DNA of 64,000 nucleotides from Eledone cirrhosa (GCA_964016885.1 OZ024743.1:94240001-94304000); one strand, 5' to 3'. Positions 23,925-38,018 are shown, numbered from the stretch's first letter. The notes: generated by a model not told the origin, from the letters alone. Numbers and translations: made by a program.

Positions 23925-26900
23925 TTGTTGGTGTCGTTATTGTTGTTATTGTTGTTGTTGTTGGTAGTAGTGGTGGTGGCAGTTGTGTTTGTGGTATTGT
24001 TGTTGTTGTTGGTGGTATTGATGGTGTTATTGGTATTGTTGTTGTTGGTGGTGGTGACGTTGGTGTTGGTGGTGTTGGTAGTGATGGTGGTGTTAGTGGT
24101 GGTGTTGGTATTGTTGTTGTTGTTGTGGTGTTGGCGGTGGTTATGGTGTTGGTGTTGGTTGTGGTCTTGATTGTGGTGTTGGTGTTGGTGTTGGTTGTAG
24201 TGTTGGTGTTGGTTGTGGTGTTGGTGTTGGTTGTGGTGTTGGTGGTGTTGTTGGCTGTGGTGTTGGTGTTGGTTGTGGTGTTGGTTGTGGTGTTGGTGTT
24301 GGTGTTGGTTGTGGTGTTGGTGGTTTTGGTGGTGTTGTTGGCTGTGGTGTTGGTGTTGGTTGTGGTGTTGGTTGTGGTGTTGGTGTTGGTGTTGGTTGTG
24401 GTGTTGGTGTTGGTTGTGGTGTTGGTGGTGTTGGTGGTGTTGTTGGCTGTGGTGTTGGTGTTGGTGTTGGTTGTGGTGTTGGTTGTAGTGTTGGTGTTGG
24501 TGTTGGTTGTGGTGTTGGTGTTGGTTGTGGTGTTGGTGTTGGTTGTGGTGTTGGTGTTGGTTGTGGTGTTGGTGTTGGTTGTGGTCTTGGTTGTGGTGTT
24601 GGTGTTGGTGTTGGTTGTGGTATTGGTGTTGGTTGTGGTGTTGGTAGTGTTGGTGGTGTTGTTGGCTGTGGTGTTGGTGTTGGTGTTGGTTGTGGTGTTG
24701 GTTGTAGTGTTGGTGTTGGTGTTGGTTGTGGTGTTGGTGTTGGTTGTGGTGTTGGTGGTGTTGGAGGTGTTGTTGGCTGTGGTGTTGGTGTTGGTGTTGG
24801 TTGTGGTGTTGGTTGTAGTGTTGGTGTTGGTGTTGGTTGTGGTGTTGGTGTTGGTTGTGGTGTTGGTGGTGTTGGTGGTGTTGTTGGCTGAGGTGTTGGT
24901 GTTGGTTGTGGTGTTGGTGTTGGTGTTGGTTGTGGTGTTGGTGTTGGTGTTGGTTGTGGTGTTGGTGTTGGTTGTGGTGTTGGTGTTGGTGTTGGTTGTG
25001 GTGTTGGTTGTGGTGTTGGTGTTGGTTGTGGTGTTGGTGTTGGTTGTGGTGTTGGTGTTGGTTGTGGTGTTGGTTGTGGTGTTGCTGTTGGTGTTGGCTG
25101 TGGTGTTGGTGTTGGCATTGCTGGTTGTGGTGTTGGTGTTGGTTGTGCTGTTGGTTGTGGTGTTGGTGTTGGTGTTGGTTGTGGTGTTGGCATTGTTGGT
25201 TGTGGTGTTGGTTGTGGTGTTGGTGTTGGTGTTGGTGTTGGCATTGTTGGTTGTGGTGTTGGTGTTGGTTGTGGTGTTGGCTGTGGTGTTGGTGTTGGTG
25301 TTGGTTGTGGTGTTGGTGTTGGTTGTGGTGTTGGTGTTGGTGTTGGTTGTGGTGTTGGTGTTGGTGTTGGTGTTAGTTGTGGTGTTGGTGGTGGCATTGT
25401 TGGTTGTGGTGTTGGTGTTGGTTGTGGTGTTGGTTGTGGTGTTGGTGTTGGTTGTGGTGTTGGTTGTGGTGTTGGTTGTGGTGTTGGTTGTGGTGTTGGT
25501 GGTGTTGTTGGCTGTGGTGTTGGTGGTGTTGTTGGCTGTGGTGTTGGTGGTGTTGTTGGCTGTGGTGTTGGTTGTGGTGTTGGTGTTGGTGTTGGTTGTG
25601 GTCTTGATTGTGGTGTTGGTGTTGGTGTTGGTTGTAGTGTTGGTGTTGGTTGTGGTGTTGGTGTTGGTTGTGGTGTTGGTGGTGTTGTTGGCTGTGGTGT
25701 TGGTGTTGGTTGTGGTGTTGGTTGTGGTGTTGGTGTTGGTGTTGGTTGTGGTGTTGGTGGTTTTGGTGGTGTTGTTGGCTGTGGTGTTGGTGTTGGTTGT
25801 GGTGTTGGTTGTGGTGTTGGTGTTGGTGTTGGTTGTGGTGTTGGTGTTGGTTGTGGTGTTGGTGGTGTTGGTGGTGTTGTTGGCTGTGGTGTTGGTGTTG
25901 GTGTTGGTTGTGGTGTTGGTTGTAGTGTTGGTGTTGGTGTTGGTTGTGGTGTTGGTGTTGGTTGTGGTGTTGGTGTTGGTTGTGGTGTTGGTGTTGGTTG
26001 TGGTGTTGGTGTTGGTTGTGGTCTTGGTTGTGGTGTTGGTGTTGGTGTTGGTTGTGGTATTGGTGTTGGTTGTGGTGTTGGTAGTGTTGGTGGTGTTGTT
26101 GGCTGTGGTGTTGGTGTTGGTGTTGGTTGTGGTGTTGGTTGTAGTGTTGGTGTTGGTGTTGGTTGTGGTGTTGGTGTTGGTTGTGGTGTTGGTGTTGGTT
26201 GTGGTGTTGGTGGTGTTGGAGGTGTTGTTGGCTGTGGTGTTGGTGTTGGTGTTGGTTGTGGTGTTGGTTGTAGTGTTGGTGTTGGTGTTGGTTGTGGTGT
26301 TGGTGTTGGTTGTGGTGTTGGTGGTGTTGGTGGTGTTGTTGGCTGAGGTGTTGGTGTTGGTTGTGGTGTTGGTGTTGGTGTTGGTTGTGGTGTTGGTGTT
26401 GGTGTTGGTTGTGGTGTTGGTGTTGGTTGTGGTGTTGGTGGTGTTGGAGGTGTTGTTGGCTGTGGTGTTGGTGTTGGTGTTGGTTGTGGTGTTGGTTGTA
26501 GTGTTGGTGTTGGTGTTGGTTGTGGTGTTGGTGTTGGTTGTGGTGTTGGTGGTGTTGGTGGTGTTGTTGGCTGAGGTGTTGGTGTTGGTTGTGGTGTTGG
26601 TGTTGGTGTTGGTTGTGGTGTTGGTGTTGGTGTTGGTTGTGGTGTTGGTGTTGGTTGTGGTGTTGGTGTTGGTGTTGGTTGTGGTGTTGGTTGTGGTGTT
26701 GGTGTTGGTTGTGGTGTTGGTGTTGGTTGTGGTGTTGGTGTTGGTTGTGGTGTTGGTTGTGGTGTTGCTGCTGGTGTTGGCTGTGGTGTTGGTGTTGGCA
26801 TTGCTGGTTGTGGTGTTGGTGTTGGTTGTGCTGTTGGTTGTGGTGTTGGTGTTGGTGTTGGTTGTGGTGTTGGCATTGTTGGTTGTGGTGTTGGTTGTGG

Positions 26901-29900
26901 TGTTGGTGTTGGTGTTGGTGTTGGCATTGTTGGTTGTGGTGTTGGTGTTGGTTGTGGTGTTGGCTGTGGTGTTGGTGTTGGTGTTGGTTGTGGTGTTGGT
27001 GTTGGTTGTGGTGTTGGTGTTGGTGTTGGTTGTGGTGTTGGTGTTGGTGTTGGTGTTAGTTGTGGTGTTGGTGGTGGCATTGTTGGTTGTGGTGTTGGTG
27101 TTGGTTGTGGTGTTGGTTGTGGTGTTGGTGTTGGTTGTGGTGTTGGTTGTGGTGTTGGTTGTGGTGTTGGTTGTGGTGTTGGTGGTGTTGTTGGCTGTGG
27201 TGTTGGTGGTGTTGTTGGCTGTGGTGTTGGTGGTGTTGTTGGCTGTGGTGTTGGTTGTGGTGTTGGTGTTGGTGTTGGTTGTGGTCTTGATTGTGGTGTT
27301 GGTGTTGGTGTTGGTTGTAGTGTTGGTGTTGGTTGTGGTGTTGGTGTTGGTTGTGGTGTTGGTGGTGTTGTTGGCTGTGGTGTTGGTGTTGGTTGTGGTG
27401 TTGGTTGTGGTGTTGGTGTTGGTGTTGGTTGTGGTGTTGGTGGTTTTGGTGGTGTTGTTGGCTGTGGTGTTGGTGTTGGTTGTGGTGTTGGTTGTGGTGT
27501 TGGTGTTGTTGTTGGTTGTGGTGTTGGTGTTGGTTGTGGTGTTGGTGGTGTTGGTGGTGTTGTTGGCTGTGGTGTTGGTGTTGGTGTTGGTTGTGGTGTT
27601 GGTTGTAGTGTTGGTGTTGGTGTTGGTTGTGGTGTTGGTGTTGGTTGTGGTGTTGGTGTTGGTTGTGGTGTTGGTGTTGGTTGTGGTGTTGGTGTTGGTT
27701 GTGGTGTTGGTGTTGGTTGTGGTCTTGGTTGTGGTGTTGGTGTTGGTGTTGGTTGTGGTATTGGTGTTGGTTGTGGTGTTGGTAGTGTTGGTGGTGTTGT
27801 TGGCTGTGGTGTTGGTGTTGGTGTTGGTTGTGGTGTTGGTTGTAGTGTTGGTGTTGGTGTTGGTTGTGGTGTTGGTGTTGGTTGTGGTGTTGGTGGTGTT
27901 GGAGGTGTTGTTGGCTGTGGTGTTGGTGTTGGTGTTGGTTGTGGTGTTGGTTGTAGTGTTGGTGTTGGTGTTGGTTGTGGTGTTGGTGTTGGTTGTGGTG
28001 TTGGTGGTGTTGGTGGTGTTGTTGGCTGAGGTGTTGGTGTTGGTTGTGGTGTTGGTGTTGGTGTTGGTTGTGGTGTTGGTGTTGGTGTTGGTTGTGGTGT
28101 TGGTGTTGGTTGTGGTGTTGGTGTTGGTGTTGGTTGTGGTGTTGGTTGTGGTGTTGGTGTTGGTTGTGGTGTTGGTGTTGGTTGTGGTGTTGGTGTTGGT
28201 TGTGGTGTTGGTTGTGGTGTTGCTGTTGGTGTTGGCTGTGGTGTTGGTGTTGGCATTGCTGGTTGTGGTGTTGGTGTTGGTTGTGCTGTTGGTTGTGGTG
28301 TTGGTGTTGGTGTTGGTTGTGGTGTTGGCATTGTTGGTTGTGGTGTTGGTTGTGGTGTTGGTGTTGGTGTTGGTGTTGGCATTGTTGGTTGTGGTGTTGG
28401 TGTTGGTTGTGGTGTTGGCTGTGGTGTTGGTGTTGGTGTTGGTTGTGGTGTTGGTGTTGGTTGTGGTGTTGGTGTTGGTGTTGGTTGTGGTGTTGGTGTT
28501 GGTGTTGGTGTTAGTTGTGGTGTTGGTGGTGGCATTGTTGGTTGTGGTGTTGGTGTTGGTTGTGGTGTTGGTTGTGGTGTTGGTGTTGGTTGTGGTGTTG
28601 GTTGTGGTGTTGGTTGTGGTGTTGGTTGTGGTGTTGGTGGTGTTGTTGGCTGTGGTGTTGGTGGTGTTGTTGGCTGTGGTGTTGGTGGTGTTGTTGGCTG
28701 TGGTGTTGGTTGTGGTGTTGGTGTTGGTGTTGGTTGTGGTGTTGGCTGTGGTGTTGGTGTTGGTGTTGGTTGTGGTGTTGGTGTTGGTGTTGGTTGTGGT
28801 GTTGGTGTTGGTGTTGGCTGTGGTGTTGGTGTTGGTTGTGGTGTTGGCTGTGGTGTTGGTGTTATTTGTGGTGTTGGTGTTGACTGTGGTGTTGGTTGCG
28901 GTGTTGGTGGTGTTGTTGGCTGTGGTGTTGTTGGTGTTGTTGGTTGTGTTGTTGGTTGTGGTGTTGGTGTTGGTGTTGGTTGTGGTGTTGGTGTTGGTGT
29001 TGGTTGTGGTGTTGGTTGTGGTGTTGGTGGTGTTGTTGGCTGTGGTGTTGGTGGTGTTGTTGGTTGTGGTGTTGGTTGTGGTGTTGGTGGTGTTTTGCTG
29101 TGGTGTTGGTTGTGGTGTTGGTTGTGATGTTGGTTGTGGTGTTGTTGTTGGTGTTGGTTGTGGTGTTGGTTCTGGTGTTGGTGTTGGTGTTGCTTGTGGT
29201 CTTGGTGTTGGTGTTGGTTGTGGTGTTAGTTGTGGTGTTGGTTGTGGTGTTGGTGGTGTTGTTGGCTGTGGTGTTGGTGTTGGTGTTGGTTGTGGTGTTG
29301 GTGTTGGTGTTGGTTGTGGTGTTGGTGTTGGTTATGGTGTTGGTTGTGGTGTTGGTTGTGGTGTTGGTGTTGGTGTTGGTGTTGGTTGTGGTGTTGGTGA
29401 TGGTTGTGGTGTTGGTTGTGGTGTTGGTGTTGGTGTTGGTTGTGGTGTTGGTGTTGGTTGTGGTTGTGGTGTTGGTGTTGGTGTTGGTTGTGGTGTTGGT
29501 TGTGGTGTTGGTGTTGGTATTGGTTGTGGTGTTGGTGTTGGTGTTGGTTGTGGTGTTGGTGTTGGTGTTGGTTGTGGTGTTGGTGTTGGTGTTGGTGTTG
29601 GTTGTGGTGTTGGTTGTGGTGTTGGTTGTGGTGTTGGTGGTGTTGTTGGCTGTGGTATGGTGGTGGTGTTGGTTTTGGTGTTGGTGGTGTTGTTGGCTGT
29701 GGTGTTGGTTGTGGTGTTGGTTGTGGTGTTGGTGTTGGTTGTGGTGTTAGTTGTAGTGTTGGTGGTGTTGTTGGCTGTGGTGTTGGTTGTGGTTTTGGTG
29801 TTGGTTGTGGTGTTGGTGGTGTTGTTGTCTGTGGTGTTGGTTGTGGTGTTGGTTGTGGTGTTGGTGTTGGTTGTGGTGTTGGTGATGGTTGTGGTGTTGG

Positions 29901-31300
29901 TTGTGGTGTTGGTGTTGGTGTTGGTTGTGGTGTTGGTGTTGGTTGTGGTTGTGGTGTTGGTGTTGGTGTTGGTTGTGGTGTTGGTGTTGGTATTGGTTGT
30001 GGTGTTGGTGTTGGTGTTGGTTGTGGTGTTGGTGTTGGTGTTGGTTGTGGTGTTGGTGTTGGTGTTGGTTGTGGTGTTGGTTGTGGTGTTGGTTGTGGTG
30101 TTGGTGGTGTTGTTGGCTGTGGTATGGTGGTGGTGTTGGTTGTGGCGTTGGTGGTGTTGTTGGCTGTGGTGTTGGTTGTGGTGTTGGTTGTGGTGTTGGT
30201 GTTGGTTGTGGTGTTAGTTGTAGTGCTGGTGGTGTTGTTGGCTGTGGTGTTGGTTGTGGTTTTGGTGTTGGTTGTGGTGTTGGTGTTGTTGTTGTCTGTG
30301 GTGTTGGTTGTGGTGTTGGTTGTGGTGTTGGTGTTGGTTGTGCTGTTGGTTGTGTTGTGCTGTTGGTTGTGGTGTTCGTGATGGTTGTGGTGTTGGTTGT
30401 GGTGTTGGTGTTGGTGTTGGTTGTGGTGTTGGTGTTGGTTGTGGTGTTGGTTGTGGTGTTGGTTGTGGTGTTGGCTGTGGTGTTGGTGTTGGTTGTGGTG
30501 TTGGTGTTGGTTGTGGTGTTGGTTGTGGTGTTGGTTGTGGTATTGGTTGTGGTGTTGGTTGTAGTGTTGGTGTTGGTGTTGGTTGTGGTGTTGGTTGTGG
30601 TGTTGGTTGTGGTTTTGGCTGTGGTGTTGGTGTTGGTGTTGGTTGTGGTGTTGGTTTTGGTTGTGGTGTTGGTGTTGGTTGTGGTGTTGGTGTTGGTGTT
30701 GGTGTTGGTTGTGGTGTTGGTGTTGATCGTGTTGTTGGTGTTGGTGTTGGTGTTGGTTGTGGTGTTGGTGGTATTGGCATTGTTAGTGTAGGGGATTTTG
30801 GTGGTGTTGTTGGTGGTGTTGGTGTTGGTATTGTTGGTGTTGGTGCTGGCGTTGGTGTTGGTGTTGGTGTTAGTGTTGGTGTTAGTGTTGGTGTTGGTGT
30901 TGGTGGTGTTGGTGTTGGTGGTGTTGACGTTGTTGGTCTTAATGTTGGCGTTGTTGTTGTTGGTGTTGGTGTTGGTGTTGTTAGTGTTGGTGGTATTGAC
31001 GTTGTTGGTGTTGATGCTGGCGTTGGTGTTGTTTGTGTTGGTGTTGTTGGTCGTGTCCGTGATGGTGGTAGTAGTGGTGGTGTTGTTACTGGTGGTGGTG
31101 GTGTTGGTGTTGTTGATGGTGGTGTTGATGTTGGTGTTGATGTTGGTGCTGGTAGTATTGGTGTTGTCAGTGGTGTTGTTGGTGGTGTTTGTGTTGGTGT
31201 TGGTGGTATTGGTGTTGGTGTTGTTAGTGTTGTTAGTGGTGTTGGTGCTGGTACAGTTGGCGTTGTTGATGTCGATGGTGGTGCTGGTGTTGGTAGTGGT
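23925..31300. repeat. 7.4-kb GT-rich (GGTGTT/GGTTGT)n array with higher-order repeats
   Basis: Marker GTGGTCTTGATTGTGG at 24161, 25598 and 27281 (spacings 1437 and 1683). The flanks are more degenerate. Confidence 0.95.
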
Positions 31301-31737
31301 GGTGCTACTCCTGCGATTGCGGTTGGCTTTTTTTCTTTTTGACTAACAGAAACAATAGTTTTTGTTTAAGCTGTGACTTTTAAACAAGAGAAACATGGCT
31401 TCGTTTACGATTCATCTCTTGATTTCCTGCTCTAGTTCTCAATTCTTTCTCACGCTATTCTTATATTTCGTTTAATTTATACATTTCCTGTCTCGTGTTT
31501 CCCAACTTTATTATATGGAGCTGTCTCTACGCTGTTACCACGTGTGGCCTCGTGTGACTACAATAACTACGTGTAACGGAACGTGACATACTAATTAAGG
31601 TGTTCAGCCTACGATCGTTGTTTGTTTCCTTGAGCAAGACACATTATTTCAATTAGCTCCAGTACATTCAGCTGGCATAAATGAGTTCTACCTGTAATCC
31701 CAAGAGTCAGCCTTGTTACACAATGTGCCACTATGAA

Positions 31738-32037
31738 CAGGGGCGATTTAATGGAGGCAAAGGGGGAAATTTCCCCGGCCCCCCTGCAGTGAGGGGCCCC
31801 GCCAGCGACTGCTGTAGCAATTTATTATGTGCCTTCAGCTGGGCTTTTTAGTTATAGGATGGTTAGAATTTTTGAATTTAATACCTGTATGTATAACTTT
31901 TCAATTTCAGTTACTTGCACCAAACTAACTTTAATATGTAAAATTGGGGAGTTTGCTGTGTATTCTAATTTTTTGTGTATGAGGAGGGCCCCAAACCTGA
32001 AGTATCTCGAGCCCCCCAAGCTCTAAATCCAGCCTTG
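31738..32037. mobile_element. hAT-like MITE (degenerate)
   Basis: Ends CAGGGGCGATTTA and TAAATCCAGCCTTG, with internal GGGCCCC motifs. It interrupts a SINE-like sequence. Confidence 0.55.
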
Positions 32038-32670
32038 ACTCTGAATCTCCCTGCGAACAAACCATGTTAAGAGTAAACGTGTCTGTGGAATACTCAGCCA
32101 TGTGTGTTCATAATTTTGTCTCGTAACGTAGTAGTCCGCCAAACAGAGATCAATAATATGTAAATCCTGGCAGCAATATTTTTCCAGAAACTCTTTAAAA
32201 TGTTGCCCCTGTATGACCACAGAGTAGCCGAGTGACTGAAACCAAATCAGTGAAAGGCCTCATACATCTTTTTGTTATTGTCTATTTGCTTTGTTGATTG
32301 TATGTGTTTAGAACTAAAACATACAACCTTTAATATGTAAAATTGGGGAGTTTGCTGTGTATTCTAATTTTTTGTGTATGAGGAGGGCCCCAAACCTGAA
32401 GTATCTCGAGCCCTCCAAGCTCTAAATCCAGCCTTGACTCTGAATCTCCCTGCGAACAAACCATGTTAAGAGTAAACGTGTCTGTGGAATACTCAGCCAT
32501 TTACATTATAATGGTTTGTGATTTAGACACAAGTCCAACAGTTTTGGAGAAGGTGTCAGTCGATTAAATCAACCCCAGTGCATTCCTGGTGTTTTATTAA
32601 AAACAATACGAAATTTTGAACCGTTGGTCAATCAATGAGAAACATTGATTGCCGGTTAAAAAAAAAAAAG

Positions 32671-32719
<49 letters not shown>

Positions 32720-33031
32720 ATGAAAGTTCTTTCGTAAAATAAATAAATAAATATATAAATAAAAAGGACGTAGACATCACAATACAACGGGAGTAAACAT
32801 AATAGTACCACTGATGATGTCACAGGTGTGTGATGAAAGAACGTTGATAGACTATATATATTTATATCTGTATTTTTAACCGTTGGTCAATCAATGATAA
32901 ACATTGATTGCCAGATAAATTAACTATAGGGATATAAAATATACAGAAGCGAAAACCAATCCAAGCCAAACAGTGAGTGTGTTTTATTATTATTTCTGGC
33001 AATATTATAACAATATGACCCTCCTCAAATA

Positions 33032-33104
<73 letters not shown>

Positions 33105-33195
33105 CGAAGGAAATATGGTAAGGAACCAGGTGGACCATAACGCACCAAAGTACTCAATACTTAGGGTAGTAAAGTGGGTAATAGGAACGAGTAGG

Positions 33196-33291
33196 ACCCC
33201 GACGGCTGAGCTCAAGCCGTTTCGACGGCTAATTCTGGACTAAATGAAAATGTTTATCCTGGTATATGAATAGCCGAGCTTCTCAGGGGGT
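33196..33291 (-). ncRNA. Hammerhead-like motif with variant core (CUGAGAA)
   Basis: acccc-CUGAGAA-(cggcua...uagccg)-GAAAC-ggcu ugagcuc agcc-GUC-ggggu. Confidence 0.6.
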
Positions 33292-35284
33292 AATTACATA
33301 TATGGTAAAAGTGATTGTCACAAGGATTGGTCAAAAGTTTGTTGTTGAGACACATAATTCTATCATGGCAATTTGTGGAAGGAAGGGGTAGCTGAACCTG
33401 CCAGTAGAAGAAAGAGGGAGAGGGAGTGGATGAAACCCAGTCGTGCGTTGATAGTTCCAACTACAGCAGGGCAGGAGGTCAAGCAAGTATACTAGGGAGG
33501 GGGAGGGGGAGGAAGTCGAAACAATAAGTAAATCAATATGGAGTAAATATATAGAAGAATACCAAGAATGTTAAAAATATAAAAAAACAATTTCTGGTTA
33601 CTATTCCCTAACACGTCTCTCACTGGTACTGCTAAACTATAGAAAAGTTTACTAGGTGGGACGGAATTGTAATGAGACCATTTTAAGAGTTAGTAGTAAT
33701 CAACCGAGTATATCTTACGGTGACAGGTCAACAAGTGGGGGGCCAAAATACTAAAGAAACTACCACGAAATAATAATTCAGAGTCTCGAAACTAATACGA
33801 AATAATTGTTTCTACCCTAGGCACAATGCCAGCAACCACCCAGTGCAAAAAATAAACTAATACGAAATAATAATTCAGAATCCCGAAAATGAATACTAAT
33901 ACTATCTCTAAGGGTGCCGCTACGATACAAAAATTCTAGTGCAAACTACATAAATGCTCGTGCGAAGTATATGAAAAATTTGATACGGAAAATTAAATCA
34001 GACCCCCCCCCCCCCCCAAAAAAAAATACTGATATACGAGAAATTAAAGCACAGATACCACTAAGAAATGTAGAAAGCACGGAAATGGGGCAGCCATCGG
34101 ATAAGAAAGCAAGTATCTAGGGTCTATCACATCTGCTATAAAAAGCGGAGTCGGCCAATTCTATCATAGAATAGGGGATGGGGGTGGGGGTACTGAGGCT
34201 ACAAAGGACCGAGGGGCTGCCTCGTGTGGGCGAGAAAGTGAAAAGGACGACGACAAAGAAGGAGGACTGGGGTGGAAGGACTAGGAAGGGATGGGAGGAA
34301 GAAGGAAATATAGAGGAAACGATAAAAAGATATAAAAGATCTTACGGTAACCTCTACTTCGTCAACCCCGACAGATAACACACACTGATCAGGAGCAGCC
34401 TAAACTCCACCTATAAAAAGGCTAACCACTCATGCATCGAGGACATAAATCGAGATGGACAACAAATTACCTCCAGCCTCAAGGTCGCCGACCGTACGGA
34501 ACCCCTAGACCCACGGACTCCCTACTTCACACTGAAGGACCACAAATCCGATTTCGACCGTAAACCTTCTATCAGGCTTACCCAACGAAGTCCGACATAG
34601 GGAGAATCAGTAAAAAAATCCTAGACCGCGTTATACCAAAAGTTAAGTAAAACGCCAGACTTAGCCCATGGGTCAACACCCAGGAAGTAATCTCATGGTT
34701 AAGCAATATGGAGGACAAACGTGACACAAAATTCATCCAGTTTGACATAGAGAGTTACTATGCTTCAATTACCTTACCGCTACTTACGGCTGCCTTGGAC
34801 TTTGACGAGACACTTGCGCCCATCACCGACCAGGAAAGAAACATCATCCTCCGCGCCAGGAAGACAGTCCTACTTTTCGACAACTCCAAATGGATAAAGA
34901 GAGCTCCCGACTCACCCTTCGACGTCAGCATGGGCGCGACGGATTCGGCTGAGGTCACAGATCTTATAGGATTATTCCTACTAGTTAAACTCACCGATAT
35001 ATTTCCTGCATTCGGCGGTGGATTGTACCGTGATGATGGGCTCCTTACCCTTGTTGTTTCGACTTTCCCCCTCCCCCTCCCTAGTATACTTGCTTGACCT
35101 CCTGCCCTGCTGTAGTTGGCACTATCAACGCACGACTGGGTTTCCTCCACTCTCTCTCCCTCTTTCTTCTACTGGCAGGTTCAGCTACCCCTTCCTTCCA
35201 CAAATTGCCATGATAGAATTATGTGTCTCAACAACAAACTTTTGACCAATCCTTGTGACAATCACTTTTACCATATATGGAATT

Positions 35285-35379
35285 ACCCCTGAGAAGCTCA
35301 GCTATTCATATACCAGGATAAAAATTTTCATTTAGTCCAGAATTAGCCGTCGAAACGGCTTGAGCTCAGCCGTCGGGGT
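35285..35379 (+). ncRNA. Hammerhead-like motif with variant core (second pLTR copy)
   Basis: accc-CUGAGAA ... GAAACGGCUUGAGCUCAGCCGUC-GGGGU. Confidence 0.55.
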
Positions 35380-35389
35380 CCTACTCGTT

Positions 35390-35442
<53 letters not shown>

Positions 35443-35521
35443 GATAACAAGTTATCGTTTTAGGTAATCCAGTTTGAGGTTGAGAGTACTCTGTACTATG
35501 GATAGTTTTAAGGTACGGCGT

Positions 35522-35615
35522 TATTCCGATGATTTGATCAGACACACACTGTATTTAAGGTCGAGTGATCAGCGGCCTTTAGACAACCCCTAATCAATGA
35601 AACAATTGTTAATAC
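35522..35615 (+). ncRNA. Degenerate hammerhead (CCGAUGA core, palindromic stem III)
   Basis: uauu-CCGAUGA-uuugau...aucaau-GAAAC-aauu-GUU-aaua. Confidence 0.5.
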
Positions 35616-35664
35616 TGTAAATAAAACCCTTTTTGTACAGCCGACCATGTTATTCTTCACTCTT

Positions 35665-35758
<94 letters not shown>

Positions 35759-36080
35759 CTGTTTATTTCGTTTGTTAATTCGACTGGAATCGACTACACA
35801 CGACCACATGAGCACGTGACATAATTTCACATATTAAAATATGTATAAAAATATGATCTTGTCTGCTTTCTAGTTTCTGACACGTTGGCCTACACATTTC
35901 TTGTACGGAACACAACCGCAGTGTTAAACTGTACCTCTAATGGATACCAAGCACTTTAAACATACATATCTCTCTTGTAAACCGACAAAGTGGTTCTTGG
36001 TTCAATACTTATGCATGGAACCTTGGGCAAGTGTCTACTATTGTAGCTATGTGAGTGAAATTTGTTAACTGATGGCCCGA

Positions 36081-36728
<648 letters not shown>

Positions 36729-37169
36729 ACATTCTACGTTGCTCGGAAAATTTAGTCTGTAAACATTTTCTTAGAAAATAATGATTGCATAAATAAATTA
36801 TTTTAAACACGTTTATATTCAGTGTGTGTTCATGATTTTGTCTCGTAACGTAGTAGTCCGCTAAACAGAGATCAATAATATGTAAATCCTGGCAGCAATA
36901 TTTTTCCAGAAACTCTTTAAAATGTTGCCCCTGTATGACCACAGAGTAGCCGAGTGACTGAAACCAAATCAGTGAAAGGCCTCATACATCTTTTTGTTAT
37001 TGTCTATTTGCTTTGTTGATTGTATGCGTTTAGAACTAAAACATACAACCAAAACCCAACAACCCCTTAAATATGATCACCACGCAATTAATAGAGCACG
37101 CTTGTTCGATCTAAATGATATCCTATGCATCGAATAGACTTGTTCTTCTCTTCAGAACCAGAAAATACA

Positions 37170-37510
37170 TCAGCCCCCAACAACGCCTGACTCTTTACAA
37201 CGTTTAGGTGAGACCTACAATGGTGTACTGTTCCCACATCTGGAATGCTGATATTGCCACACACATCCAAGATTATAGCCAGAAAAAGGTCACTCGTCTG
37301 ATTGAGATAATGTCACTGACAGACACGTTCCAGCCTCTGACCTACATTTCTTTTGCTACTACAATGGCATCTGCTCTTCAGGTCTGGCTGACCTCATACC
37401 ATCTTCACTCAGGCAATCCTTCTCTCATCACCAAGATTGTGCCCGAGTCCTTAGCTCCTACACTAACCAGAAAGTCATCCCTCTTGAATACCTACTGTAT
37501 CAGACCGTAT
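37170..37510 (+). mobile_element. Degenerate CR1/L2/Jockey-type LINE ORF2 3' fragment
   Basis: VRPTMVYCSHIW...QKKVTRLI motif. Confidence 0.5.
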
Positions 37511-37770
37511 CAATAAACATTTCATCTCTCGGACAGATTAGAGATTTAATCTGTTTCGCCCTGAAAATTGTGTTTGTAACAGATAATCCGTAGGCATTTC
37601 GTCAGCGAGAGATAAGATCAAATGAAACAAAACACATTTAACAAGAACTCACAGGAGTAAATACACCTCGTGGTGTGACTGGCTATGCTAGAAATAATAG
37701 CCTTATTACTCAACTTATAAGCTCACCCAGTTAGGGAGCCGAAATACAAATAAAATACAGAGTTAATAAT

Positions 37771-37901
37771 TGTCTCTACTTTAGGCACAAGGCCAGCAAT
37801 TATCCAGTGCATTACTGGTACTTTATTTTATCGACCCCGTAAGGATGAAAGGCAAAGTCAACCTCGGCGGGATTTGAACTCAGATCGTAAAGGGACGTAA
37901 C
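37771..37901 (-). mobile_element. 5'-truncated SINE family A with TSD
   Basis: Family core. TSD TACAGAGTTAATAAT at 37756 and 37902. Confidence 0.85.
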
Positions 37902-37957
37902 TACAGAGTTAATAATAATAACTCAATATGAGTTAATAACTCTGTATTTTATTTGTA

Positions 37958-38018
<61 letters not shown>

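Larger units (their letters stand above)
33181..35394 (+). mobile_element. Internally deleted Penelope-like element: RT fragment between inverted ~340-bp pLTRs
   Basis: RT motifs TLKDHK, FIQFDIESYY, MGATDSAEV and LYRDD (about 34330-35045). 33181-33524 is the reverse complement of 35050-35394. Confidence 0.85.

Noticed and set aside
24125-30217. 2030-aa V/L ORF and the W/C ORFs
   Set aside because: These are translation artefacts of a stop-poor GT repeat.
32805-32850. CUGAUGA-ugucaca/ugugau-GAAA as an HHR
   Set aside because: The core half is present, but no stem III, cleavage site or stem I partner was found. At most a truncated remnant.
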